DNA of 64,000 nucleotides, from contig JAZTWO010000053.1 of assembly GCA_045635885.1 (NCBI GenBank), positions 31 to 64,030 on the forward strand. The letters run 5' to 3'. Position numbers and translations under genes: made by a program. The stretch's first letter is position 1, and each line of letters opens with the position of its first letter. The notes below the pieces were generated by a model. It had not been told where the DNA came from. It saw only the letters and a program-made list of their open reading frames with translations, and searched no databases. Origin of the DNA: Eubacteriales bacterium (lineage in GTDB: Bacteria; Bacillota; Clostridia; Oscillospirales; CAG-272). Shown here in pieces: positions 56,051 through 64,000 of this stretch.

Positions 56051-57013
56051 ATGGAATATAAACTCCATAGTTATTTTTGTTCCCCTAAAAAATATAGGGA
56101 AGAATACTTTTTTGGAAATACAATTGTCAAGCTTATTTCTCATGGTGAAAAATGTGCAGATATTAACTTTTCAGTACAAGGAGAGACTACATATGAAATT
56201 AAAATAGAAACCACTGATTCTCCTGCTACGGTGCGAAAAGTATTAGATTTATTGTGTTGCTCATATACATTGGTCTATGGATATAACGAATACGATAGCG
56301 ATGATTTGGCTGACCATATTATACCCGAATCGGAAAAGGATGATTATTTTTGGGTAGGACGTCCTTTGTACCATGTTTCCGGTGATGATTATTGGTATTA
56401 TGCACTGCTTTTGGCTGAAAAGGCATATGGAAATCAGAAAATGATTAATGCTATAACAAGGTATCATTCAGCTCATAAAATCGTAAATTTACATCCAATG
56501 GATTTAGATCCTCGTAATGACCCATTTCAAAACGAATACCTATTATCTAAACAAATGAATATTGCCAATTGCATATTGTCTTGTTATGCAGCTTTAGAGG
56601 AAATTGATTTGTGTGTCGAATTAAAAAGAGGTGCGGGTTTATTGAATGAAGAAAAAAACGGTTGGAATTACGATACGTATAGAACTACTATTGAAAAACT
56701 AACAAATTCCGGTATCGATCCTAATATGGAAATAGTATGGCTATATAGAGGAAACACCGCACAAACAAATGTTGATATAGCAGTGAAAGTGATGAGAACA
56801 TGCGAATGGAGTTTTGGAGAGATCAGTGATTATTATACTACACCTGTTGATGCTTTATTAATAATTAAGTATTTAAGAAACAAAGCAGGAGCGCACAATG
56901 ATGATGAAAAAATAGGGTCATTATCTATTTATGATGCTGAGAACGCATTTTACTTAAGCAGAACTCTCTTGCTTATTAAATTTGGTATTTATGAACTAAT
57001 GGAAAAAGAGTGA
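56051..57013 (+). CDS. hypothetical protein with C-terminal HEPN-like RNxxxxH motif
   Basis: 320 aa, starting 9 nt after def. YLRNKAGAHND gives R-x5-H with Asn after the Arg, as in many Abi/HEPN RNases. I recognised no other motif. Confidence 0.6.
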   Translation: MEYKLHSYFCSPKKYREEYFFGNTIVKLISHGEKCADINFSVQGETTYEIKIETTDSPATVRKVLDLLCCSYTLVYGYNEYDSDDLADHIIPESEKDDYFWVGRPLYHVSGDDYWYYALLLAEKAYGNQKMINAITRYHSAHKIVNLHPMDLDPRNDPFQNEYLLSKQMNIANCILSCYAALEEIDLCVELKRGAGLLNEEKNGWNYDTYRTTIEKLTNSGIDPNMEIVWLYRGNTAQTNVDIAVKVMRTCEWSFGEISDYYTTPVDALLIIKYLRNKAGAHNDDEKIGSLSIYDAENAFYLSRTLLLIKFGIYELMEKE

Positions 57014-57152
57014 AAAAACAGTCGATGCCGTAATTATTTATTATACCACAAAACAAAAGTGGATTGAAAATTTAATATAGTTGTGTAGCCCCCCCTGAAT
57101 TTTTCAATCCAATTGAGAGTTGTGATATAATATAGTCACCAACAAAAGAGAG

Positions 57153-57539
57153 GTGACAAATATGACAAACAAAGAAACAGTAGTAAATTCGCTTATTCAT
57201 GCGACTGAACAAATAGGGATTATTCCAACACTCTATTCGGTTTTTGGAAAAACGGTTGCTGTTAAAGTTCCTTTTACAAAAAAAGCTTGCGAAACTGAGA
57301 TAGATGAGATTGATTTTTCACCACGTGCGAATCATGCGCTAAAAAGGGCATCTATATTTTCTATCGGACAAGTTATTGATGTTATTAACGGAGAAGATGG
57401 ACTTAAGCGCATTCGCAATCTTGGGACTAAAACTGAAAATGAAATAAAAACTAAAATTTTAGCATTTGCATATGGGCATCTTAATGATAAAGAAAAGAGA
57501 ATTTTCTTTTATGATATTTTAGAGGTGAATTGCAGATGA
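57153..57539 (+). CDS. RNA polymerase alpha-CTD-like helix-hairpin-helix protein
   Basis: 128 aa with RBS agagagg. FSPRANHALKRASIFSIGQVIDV...IRNLGTKTENEI matches the LSVRxxNCLKxAxIxTxGxL...NxGxKSxxEI pattern of the RpoA CTD. Confidence 0.6.
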   Translation: MTNMTNKETVVNSLIHATEQIGIIPTLYSVFGKTVAVKVPFTKKACETEIDEIDFSPRANHALKRASIFSIGQVIDVINGEDGLKRIRNLGTKTENEIKTKILAFAYGHLNDKEKRIFFYDILEVNCR

Positions 57540-57563
57540 CAGTAACATTAGGAGAAATACGGT

Positions 57564-57836
57564 ATGAGTTCTCATAAAAAATTTGCAGGTAGAGGAATGT
57601 ACGAATTTTATATGCCTACAACTGGCAAAGGGAGTAAAGGTAGAAGAGATAGAAGAAAATGTTCTTATTATGACCCAACTTCAAAATATTGTTATGCTAT
57701 AAACAATACTTGTGTCGGCCCTGCTATTTGCAAGAAATATCATCCTTTTGTTAGTGATAAAACTATCAAAAAAGATGGTTTGATTGGGAAAGAGATTTTT
57801 AACGAATATTACGGCAAAGGAATCGTTATCTTCTAA
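57564..57836 (+). CDS. small basic Cys-containing hypothetical protein (uncertain)
   Basis: 90 aa with RBS AGGAG. Its 3' 156 nt overlap the convergent DUF3846-like ORF, so the two cannot both be taken at face value. Confidence 0.35.
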   Translation: MSSHKKFAGRGMYEFYMPTTGKGSKGRRDRRKCSYYDPTSKYCYAINNTCVGPAICKKYHPFVSDKTIKKDGLIGKEIFNEYYGKGIVIF

Positions 57837-57977
57837 CCATACAAATTCGATAAGACCTTGATAGTCAGCTCCTATGCTAACTGCCTTCTGCAGAGAATCG
57901 AGATCGGTGTTGAGGTCTACCACGCAGGGATGCTTGTTTGGCTCAACCATTAATGCTTTAACTGTTTTTGCTTTCAT
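57681..57977 (-). CDS. DUF3846-like protein
   Basis: 98 aa with RBS AAGGAG 8 nt upstream. VKALMVEPNKHPCVVDL...LQKAV...GLIE...AVIF...PNQTI aligns with its paralogue at 58060-58464 (IKVLKIEPKQHPYVYYV...GGIE...YAIF...PNRSI). Confidence 0.55.
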   Translation of the reverse strand: MKAKTVKALMVEPNKHPCVVDLNTDLDSLQKAVSIGADYQGLIEFVWLEDNDSFAVIFVKNLFPNQTIFFDSFITNKRMIFLANSRADTSIVYSITIF

Positions 57978-57994
57978 AATAAAAACTCCTTAAA

Positions 57995-58035
57995 TAAAAA
58001 TATCGGTAATAGCGCTGTGGCTATTACCGATTACT
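57995..58035 (-). terminator. hairpin after the upstream DUF3846 gene
   Basis: atcggtaatagc-gctgtg-gctattaccgat forms a 12-bp stem, with a T-rich tract on the minus strand. Confidence 0.6.
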
Positions 58036-58059
58036 TTTATGATATATAGGTATAATTTT

Positions 58060-58464
58060 TCATTTTTCGTTATTAAGAAAACGAGCTGAGAAGATATCCA
58101 TATTAGCATCAATGACATCTATCTCATCGAAATCCTGATATTCATATAGGAGCATAGAATATCTTGATATTTGTCCTTCTGTGAGCGAGCAAGGGAGTCT
58201 ATTGTTGCCAATACCGATAATAAGGATATTACCGACAATTATATCGCTAGCTATTGAACGATTGGGAACGAGTCCTGTAAGAAATCTGTCTTTATTGAAG
58301 ATTGCATATATTCCTTGACCAATTTTCTTTGCTTCAATGCCACCGTCAGCTATTACATCTGCTTGTATTTCATCTTTAAATGCTTGTATTGATGGTTTGA
58401 CATAGTAGACATATGGATGTTGCTTGGGTTCTATTTTTAAAACTTTTATTCTTTCTTCAAACAT
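58060..58464 (-). CDS. DUF3846 domain protein (conjugative-element associated)
   Basis: The likely start is MFEERIKVLKIEPKQHP at 58464, after aaagga. The longer 162-aa track ORF would overlap the Xis-like gene. Confidence 0.65.
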   Translation of the reverse strand: MFEERIKVLKIEPKQHPYVYYVKPSIQAFKDEIQADVIADGGIEAKKIGQGIYAIFNKDRFLTGLVPNRSIASDIIVGNILIIGIGNNRLPCSLTEGQISRYSMLLYEYQDFDEIDVIDANMDIFSARFLNNEK

Positions 58465-58669
58465 TGCCTTGTTCCTTTCTATTGTTATCGCAACTGCAAC
58501 TGCTGAGTGCATTTTCGAATTGTTCTCTTGGAACGTACATGCGTCCACCGATAGTTGTGACAGTTGTGTTCTTTTTTACAAATTCGCGTATTTTCTTGAC
58601 ACTTATGGGGAGGTACTCCTTTTGTATTTCCTTGACCGATAAGTATCTACGTTCTATTTTTGTTGCCAT
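58457..58669 (-). CDS. excisionase/MerR-like small HTH DNA-binding protein
   Basis: The start MATKIERRYLSVKEIQKEY at 58669 follows AGGAG. YLSVKEI...ISVKKIREFV...GGRMYVPRE is the typical Xis-family HTH pattern. Confidence 0.65.
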   Translation of the reverse strand: MATKIERRYLSVKEIQKEYLPISVKKIREFVKKNTTVTTIGGRMYVPREQFENALSSCSCDNNRKEQGNV

Positions 58670-58793
58670 ATTTGTACTCCTTTGTGTTTTTTTAATTATT
58701 TGTTTAAATGTGGGCGCAAGAAACAAAAAAGAAGCATTTTGTGGAAAAATAATGAGTTTTGACATTCGGATGTGAAAAACTGGTATATTCTTG

Positions 58794-58822
58794 TTGAAAA
58801 ATACAAAAAAATGTGATACAAT
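58794..58822 (+). promoter_or_regulatory. sigma-A promoter (extended -10) for the GHKL/Z1/PD-(D/E)XK operon
   Basis: TTGAAA (58794-58799), a 17-nt spacer ending in TGa, then TACAAT (58817-58822). Confidence 0.5.
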
Positions 58823-58889
58823 GATGTAATAATATAAATATTTAAATAAATATTAATATTTTTAATATATTTTTGTGCAGGAGGCATAT

Positions 58890-60371
58890 ATGGTTAATTT
58901 GAAAGAAAACAAGCCCACGGCCGATATTTTGATGAATTCTATGAGATCAATGGGATATTCATTCGAAAGTGCAATTGCCGATATTGTTGATAATAGTATT
59001 AGCGCCGCTGCACATAATATTTGGATTCGTTTCCCGATCGACCCTTTGGACTGCTATGTGGCTATTTGTGATGATGGTTGTGGAATGAGCAAAGAAGAAC
59101 TTTTTGATGCTATGAAATATGGAAGCGAGCAAAAGCGCAACTACCGATCATCGGATGATTTGGGAAGATTTGGGCTTGGATTGAAATCCGCATCACTTTC
59201 ACAGTGTAGAAAACTAACTGTAGCTAGCAAGAAAAACGGAGAAGTTTCTGCATATATTTGGGACCTTGATATCATCCTCGAAAAAAAAGATTGGTATATG
59301 GTAGAATGTTCCGAGCAACAAATAGAGTCAATTAAACAAATCTCGTGGTTAAACAACTTAGATAGTGGTACCGTGGTTGTTTGGGAAAATTTTGATGTTA
59401 TAGAAAAAGCATCAGGAAATGTATATTCCGAGTTGAACAAGTATCAAGAAGATACCGCTGATTATTTATCATTGATTTTTCATAGATTTATCAATCGTGT
59501 TGGTAATGCCAAAGTTTCATTCAAAGTTAATAATTTTATTCTTTGTGGAATGGATCCATTTTTAGAATCTCATCCCAAGACCAATGTGCGCAAAAGAATA
59601 GAAATTCCTATTTTAGACTCCCAAAACATTGAGCGCATGGTTGTTGTACAACCTTATGTGTTGCCTTTTCAAAAAGATCTTACAGCAGAAGATAAAAAAT
59701 TGTCTGGAGGTATTGAAAATTATCGTTCTAAACAAGGATTTTATGTTTATAGGAACGAAAGATTGATTGTTTGGGGCAATTGGTTTGGAAGGCATAGAGA
59801 TGAACTCACAAAATATGCGAGAATTCGTGTGGATATTCCCAATACATTGGATGATATTTGGGGTATAGATATTAAAAAGCAGAGTGCAAAAATTCCGTCG
59901 GTAATCAAAAATAGACTAACTAGAGCCGTAGATGAGGCTATGGACATAGCCGTTAAAGCGCAGAAATTTAGAGGACGTGTTGATAAAGCAAATGATAAAA
60001 TTGATTACATTTGGCTTCCAATCAAGACACGTGAAGAGCAACATGCTTTTGTGATAAATCGAGATGCCAAGATTTTTGATTTAATTAAAGGGCAAGTGGA
60101 TGATGAAACTTGGGCAAGGATAGATATGGTTTTAGAAGAAATTGAAAACTCATTACCGTATCAGCAAATCTATATAGATAAATCTCAAAATAAAATTGAT
60201 GATACTGTTGATGATGAACGCAAAGCGGAAATCGAAAACAAAGCAAGAATGTTAATAATGATGGCTTTAGCGATGGGAAATGCAGATAAATCAAACATTA
60301 TTGAATCCCTTTTTAATTCTGAACCATTTAACAATTATCCGGAGTTGAAAATCAAATTGTTGGAGGAATGA
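58890..60371 (+). CDS. GHKL (HATPase_c_3, MutL/Hsp90-like) ATPase
   Basis: ATG at 58890 follows AGGAGG. The track's GTG at 58875 is less likely. Bergerat-fold motifs ESAIADIVDNSISA, ICDDGCGM and GRFGLGLKSAS are present. Confidence 0.85.
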   Translation: MVNLKENKPTADILMNSMRSMGYSFESAIADIVDNSISAAAHNIWIRFPIDPLDCYVAICDDGCGMSKEELFDAMKYGSEQKRNYRSSDDLGRFGLGLKSASLSQCRKLTVASKKNGEVSAYIWDLDIILEKKDWYMVECSEQQIESIKQISWLNNLDSGTVVVWENFDVIEKASGNVYSELNKYQEDTADYLSLIFHRFINRVGNAKVSFKVNNFILCGMDPFLESHPKTNVRKRIEIPILDSQNIERMVVVQPYVLPFQKDLTAEDKKLSGGIENYRSKQGFYVYRNERLIVWGNWFGRHRDELTKYARIRVDIPNTLDDIWGIDIKKQSAKIPSVIKNRLTRAVDEAMDIAVKAQKFRGRVDKANDKIDYIWLPIKTREEQHAFVINRDAKIFDLIKGQVDDETWARIDMVLEEIENSLPYQQIYIDKSQNKIDDTVDDERKAEIENKARMLIMMALAMGNADKSNIIESLFNSEPFNNYPELKIKLLEE

Positions 60372-60372
60372 T

Positions 60373-63207
60373 ATGAGTATTAACATAGAGAAAATTGGTA
60401 AATTAGTAGGTTTTGTTGTTAAGTTTATTGAGATTAGAGAGTTGGAGCATTCTTTGGACGAACAAATCGTATCAGAGTTAATAGAGCAAGCCAGTGATAT
60501 CAGTGGAGTTGAGTATACTTTAGAAGAAAAAGAAGCCGCTAAACGAGATATTACGTGGAAATTTCAAATTTTTGCCGACCCCGGACAAAGCATTCTTGCT
60601 GATTATGATCAAGAAAATTGGTACGATGATCGCAAAGCTGAAATTGAACCAAAATTTTGGACTAGATATAAAAATTATCTTATTGACACAAAGCACTTTA
60701 GTCCCAACATAGTTAGTACACTAGGCGAAGATACTTTAGATCAAAAATTGATGAATTATATACTTGATCCCAAAGCAGAGTACCCTCACCCTGTTTTGAG
60801 ACGCGGATTGATCATAGGTGATGTACAATCCGGTAAAACTTCTACATATATAGGATTTCTCTGCAAAGCCGCTGATGCTGGATATAAGGTGTTTATACTT
60901 TTAACGGGCACTATAGAGTCTCTTAGAAAACAAACTCAAGAAAGAGTAGAAGAGGGGTTTGTTGGTATTGATATGTCTGCTAATACTACTGGCGGAAAGA
61001 GAGTGGGTGTTGGCTTGGATAATAAGCCTATTCATGCTATGGCTATGACTTCCCGGGCTAGTGATTTTAAAGGAGATAATGATAAAATTGCTGTGTCATT
61101 GGCAGGAAATAACGATGCAGTAGTATTTGTTATTAAAAAGAATACTACTACATTGACTAAACTGACTAATTGGCTTGTTACATTAAATGCTGATCCTGTC
61201 ACTAAAAAAATTGATATGCCTATGCTTATGATTGACGATGAAGCGGACAATGCTTCCATTAACACAAGTGCTAGCAAAGAAGATCCTACAAAAATTAATA
61301 AATTGATTCGCGAATTAGCTAATGTATTTACAAAATCCAATTATGTGGGCTTTACAGCTACTCCTTTTGCAAATGTATTTATTGATCCTGAAACAACTGA
61401 AAAGATGGAAACACAGGATTTGTTTTCAGAAGACTTTATTGTTGCATTGCCAACTCCTAGTAATTATATTGGACCTAATAAAATATTTGCAGAACAAGGT
61501 GAATATCATTCTCAGTTGGTATATATTACTGATGCTGGGCGTGAGCAAGAAGATGGATATCCATTCTATTTTAAGCATAAGAAAGAGTGGGAAGATGAAT
61601 TGCCAGACAGTTTAACTGATGCTATATATACATTTTATTTGGCTAATGCGATTCGCGATTTAAGGGGTGACTTAAAGGATCATCGTTCTATGTTAATTAA
61701 TATTTCTCGATTTGTTAAGGTGCAGAAATATATCAAGGGAGAAGTGGAAGGTATACACTCGAGTGCATATAGGTCTATTAAATACAATCTTAGTAACAAT
61801 TTTGCTGAATCTATGCAAGATCCTAATTTGAAAAGGTTATATTTGATATGGAAAAAGCACTATGAAAAATGTGAATTTACTTGGGACCAAATTGTTGATG
61901 TTCTTTTTAGTTCTATCGAAAATATGCAAATTAAAATTGTCAATAGTTCTAAAAATTCTGAAAAGTTAGACTATCCTAAAAATGAATCATTGCGTGTTAT
62001 TGCAATTGGTGGTTTAGCCTTGTCGCGTGGACTGACTCTTGAAGGATTGGTTGTTAGTTATTTTTACAGAAACACGTGTACATATGACGTATTGATGCAA
62101 ATGGGACGCTGGTTTGGATACAGAAAGAACTACGATGATCTCTTCCGCATTTGGACTCACAAATCTTCCGCAAGATGGTACGCTGAAATCGCAGAGGCAA
62201 CAGACAGATTGAAAGACGATATGACTTTAATGCGTGATCTTGGTCAAAGACCGCGTGATTTCGGTATTCGTGTTCGTAACAACTCTGCCGAGTTAAGCAT
62301 TACCGCATACAACAAAATGCGTAATGCAACAGATGAATATGAGTTTTCCAGTTACTTTGGTGGTATAGTGGAAACGCCATATTTACATTTGAATCCTGCA
62401 GCACATAAAAACAATTTCGAAGCGGTACGACAGCTTGTAGCACAGGTTGTTGCTGGCGAATCCAGTTTTGATAGGCAGCAAAATATGGGCGCTAGAGGCC
62501 ACTATATTATTCCCGATATTCCCAAAGCTCATATAGTAGACCTTATACGCAAGCTTAAGATCTCACGTTTCAGTTCCAATTTTGATCCGAAACAAATCGC
62601 AGATTTTCTTGAAAATTGTTCTGATCATTCGATAGACCTATTCGATATCGCTTTTATGGAAGGATCCCCCACGCAAGAAGAACAACTACTCGTTAACTTG
62701 GAAGGTCGTATCATTCCTAAAGTTTTAAGAAAAAATTGCATTATCGATAGCGATACAGATCGACTTGGAATTGGTCAGCGCGGAAAACTCGGTGGTCCTG
62801 GAGATGGTCGAACCGGAATTATTGATTTTAACGGAAGCACATTTGAAGAAATCATTGAAAATGCTAAAGTGCAGTATCGTAAAGAGTATCAGCGTGTTCA
62901 CGGATATGCATTTACAGACGGTAAAACTTATCCTTCCGATACATGGTTTAAGTTTGTAAAAAATAGAAAGCCCATCTTGCTTGTTTACTTTATTGATGTC
63001 GGCGTCGATGAGGATGAAAAGAATCAGATCCGCCAAATCGAAAAGTTCCGCAGTGAAATGGGCAGCATACCTGCGGTAGGCTTTGCGCTTGGGTTGCCTC
63101 AAAACAAAGAAGCGGCAATGATTAGTGGAACTAAATACAAAGCTAATAAAGTATATAACTGGTTTGAACAAGATGAAATCTTAGCGGAGGCAGGTGAAGA
63201 AGAATGA
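60373..63207 (+). CDS. Z1-domain SF2 helicase-like ATPase
   Basis: 944 aa, starting 1 nt after the previous stop. Walker A GDVQSGKTS, Walker B MIDDEADNAS, FTATPFAN, GGLALSRGLTLEGL and QMGRWFGYR are present. Confidence 0.85.
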   Translation: MSINIEKIGKLVGFVVKFIEIRELEHSLDEQIVSELIEQASDISGVEYTLEEKEAAKRDITWKFQIFADPGQSILADYDQENWYDDRKAEIEPKFWTRYKNYLIDTKHFSPNIVSTLGEDTLDQKLMNYILDPKAEYPHPVLRRGLIIGDVQSGKTSTYIGFLCKAADAGYKVFILLTGTIESLRKQTQERVEEGFVGIDMSANTTGGKRVGVGLDNKPIHAMAMTSRASDFKGDNDKIAVSLAGNNDAVVFVIKKNTTTLTKLTNWLVTLNADPVTKKIDMPMLMIDDEADNASINTSASKEDPTKINKLIRELANVFTKSNYVGFTATPFANVFIDPETTEKMETQDLFSEDFIVALPTPSNYIGPNKIFAEQGEYHSQLVYITDAGREQEDGYPFYFKHKKEWEDELPDSLTDAIYTFYLANAIRDLRGDLKDHRSMLINISRFVKVQKYIKGEVEGIHSSAYRSIKYNLSNNFAESMQDPNLKRLYLIWKKHYEKCEFTWDQIVDVLFSSIENMQIKIVNSSKNSEKLDYPKNESLRVIAIGGLALSRGLTLEGLVVSYFYRNTCTYDVLMQMGRWFGYRKNYDDLFRIWTHKSSARWYAEIAEATDRLKDDMTLMRDLGQRPRDFGIRVRNNSAELSITAYNKMRNATDEYEFSSYFGGIVETPYLHLNPAAHKNNFEAVRQLVAQVVAGESSFDRQQNMGARGHYIIPDIPKAHIVDLIRKLKISRFSSNFDPKQIADFLENCSDHSIDLFDIAFMEGSPTQEEQLLVNLEGRIIPKVLRKNCIIDSDTDRLGIGQRGKLGGPGDGRTGIIDFNGSTFEEIIENAKVQYRKEYQRVHGYAFTDGKTYPSDTWFKFVKNRKPILLVYFIDVGVDEDEKNQIRQIEKFRSEMGSIPAVGFALGLPQNKEAAMISGTKYKANKVYNWFEQDEILAEAGEEE

Positions 63208-64000
63208 TTAATATAAAAGAATTGTTTTCCAAATTTGAAAATGCTAATTATTTTTCGAGAGTGGATAATGTTCACCCACTTGAGTTACATATAGGGCTGG
63301 ATGATAAGGGTAGAAAGGCTATTGAGCTTAGAGCTATTTTTACACCTCGAAAAATCACAGGAACTTCTGCTATAGAAGTTAATCAATATAAAAAGCAAGA
63401 TTACAATACCATTCGTTTTTCTCTTTGTGATGAGGATATAAGTGGTTTGTTCTATAAGTTTTGTGATGATTTGATAGAGCAAACTAGAAACGTAGAGGAA
63501 AAGAGCGAAGGATATGCAGCGATTGTGGGGCGTTTTTTTCAGTGGAAAAAGATGTTTGTGTCTTCAAAGAATAATTTTCTTACCGAACCTGAAATTATGG
63601 GTCTAATAGGTGAGATTTTGGTGTTGAGGGGCTATCTTGCAAAACGTATAGGATTGACTAAAGCATTGGAAAGCTGGAGTGGTCAAGAATTGACGCATAA
63701 AGATTTTTCTTTTGAAGATACTTGGATTGAAGCTAAGACTATTAGCAGAGGCGCTCAAGCAGTTAAAATATCTTCTTTGGAACAGCTTGATAGTGATAAT
63801 GCAGGAGAACTTGCTGTACATAGTTTGGAAAAGATGAGTACAGCTTACAATGGAATTACACTTAATAAGTTGATTCTTGAAACAAGAAATATGTTTCATC
63901 CGGGTGAAGAGCAGGATGCCTTTATGGCAAAAGTAGCTTTGCAAGGATATGAATACAATAACTATTATGATGATTTTGTTTACGAAATAAGTAATTTTAA
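63204..64000 (+). CDS. PD-(D/E)XK motif protein (DUF4420-like), 3' end outside the window
   Basis: The ATG overlaps the Z1 stop (ATGA at 63204-63207). The frame is open to the window edge (265 codons). EIMGLIGEILVLRGYL and HKDFSFEDTWIEAKT give D...ExK. It is not in the ORF track because the window truncates it. Confidence 0.75.
   Translation, partial: MINIKELFSKFENANYFSRVDNVHPLELHIGLDDKGRKAIELRAIFTPRKITGTSAIEVNQYKKQDYNTIRFSLCDEDISGLFYKFCDDLIEQTRNVEEKSEGYAAIVGRFFQWKKMFVSSKNNFLTEPEIMGLIGEILVLRGYLAKRIGLTKALESWSGQELTHKDFSFEDTWIEAKTISRGAQAVKISSLEQLDSDNAGELAVHSLEKMSTAYNGITLNKLILETRNMFHPGEEQDAFMAKVALQGYEYNNYYDDFVYEISNF

Larger units (their letters stand above)
45921..64000. mobile_element. mosaic genomic island / degraded integrative element carrying defence-like modules (right end outside the window)
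   Basis: The left end is marked by the recombinase fragment interrupting frdA. Xis-like and DUF3846 genes are present. Composition alternates strongly; see the findings for hand-counted GC values. Confidence 0.55.

Noticed and set aside
62725-63171. 148-aa minus-strand ORF
   Set aside because: It is antisense to the 3' end of the Z1-domain gene and has no RBS.

Overview
This window looks like about 64 kb of a moderate-GC Firmicutes chromosome. It is probably from a spore-forming Clostridia-type organism, because cwlD, cohesin/dockerin proteins and BspA-type LRR proteins are present.

Positions 1-45.9 kb hold core and cell-envelope genes:
- a T-box leader followed by pheS-pheT
- a class A penicillin-binding protein (PBP)
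- two LRR_5 surface proteins, one carrying 13 near-perfect 69-bp coding repeats
- an S51 peptidase
- a COG2509-type flavoprotein
- cwlD
- a 560-bp ORF-free structured spacer
- an XRE-CDF-pilT string
- a gtrA-like gene
- a GH16/GH16/GH3 beta-glucan cluster
- glf plus a GT2 glycosyltransferase
- a 12-kb three-gene cohesin/dockerin operon whose only catalytic subunit is a 2,371-aa S8 protease
- an MFS transporter, an acyltransferase, a polytopic membrane protein and a frdB-like gene

At about 45.92 kb the fumarate-reductase flavoprotein gene is truncated and sits directly against a truncated large serine recombinase gene.

From that junction to the right edge the sequence is a compositionally mosaic island full of defence-like genes:
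- a GmrSD-like DUF262 protein
- a Nudix hydrolase
- a 246-aa gene followed by a 1,601-aa DnaQ-RecQ-UvrD triple fusion
- a stand-alone TipAS protein
- a divergent peptide deformylase flanked by two proteins with HEPN-like Rx4-6H motifs
- ICE-type remnants (Xis-like, DUF3846)
- a methylase-less GHKL-ATPase / Z1 / PD-(D/E)XK triad that runs off the window

I recognised no rRNA, tRNA or CRISPR array. All family assignments come from reading motifs by eye. No database search was run, and domain boundaries are approximate.
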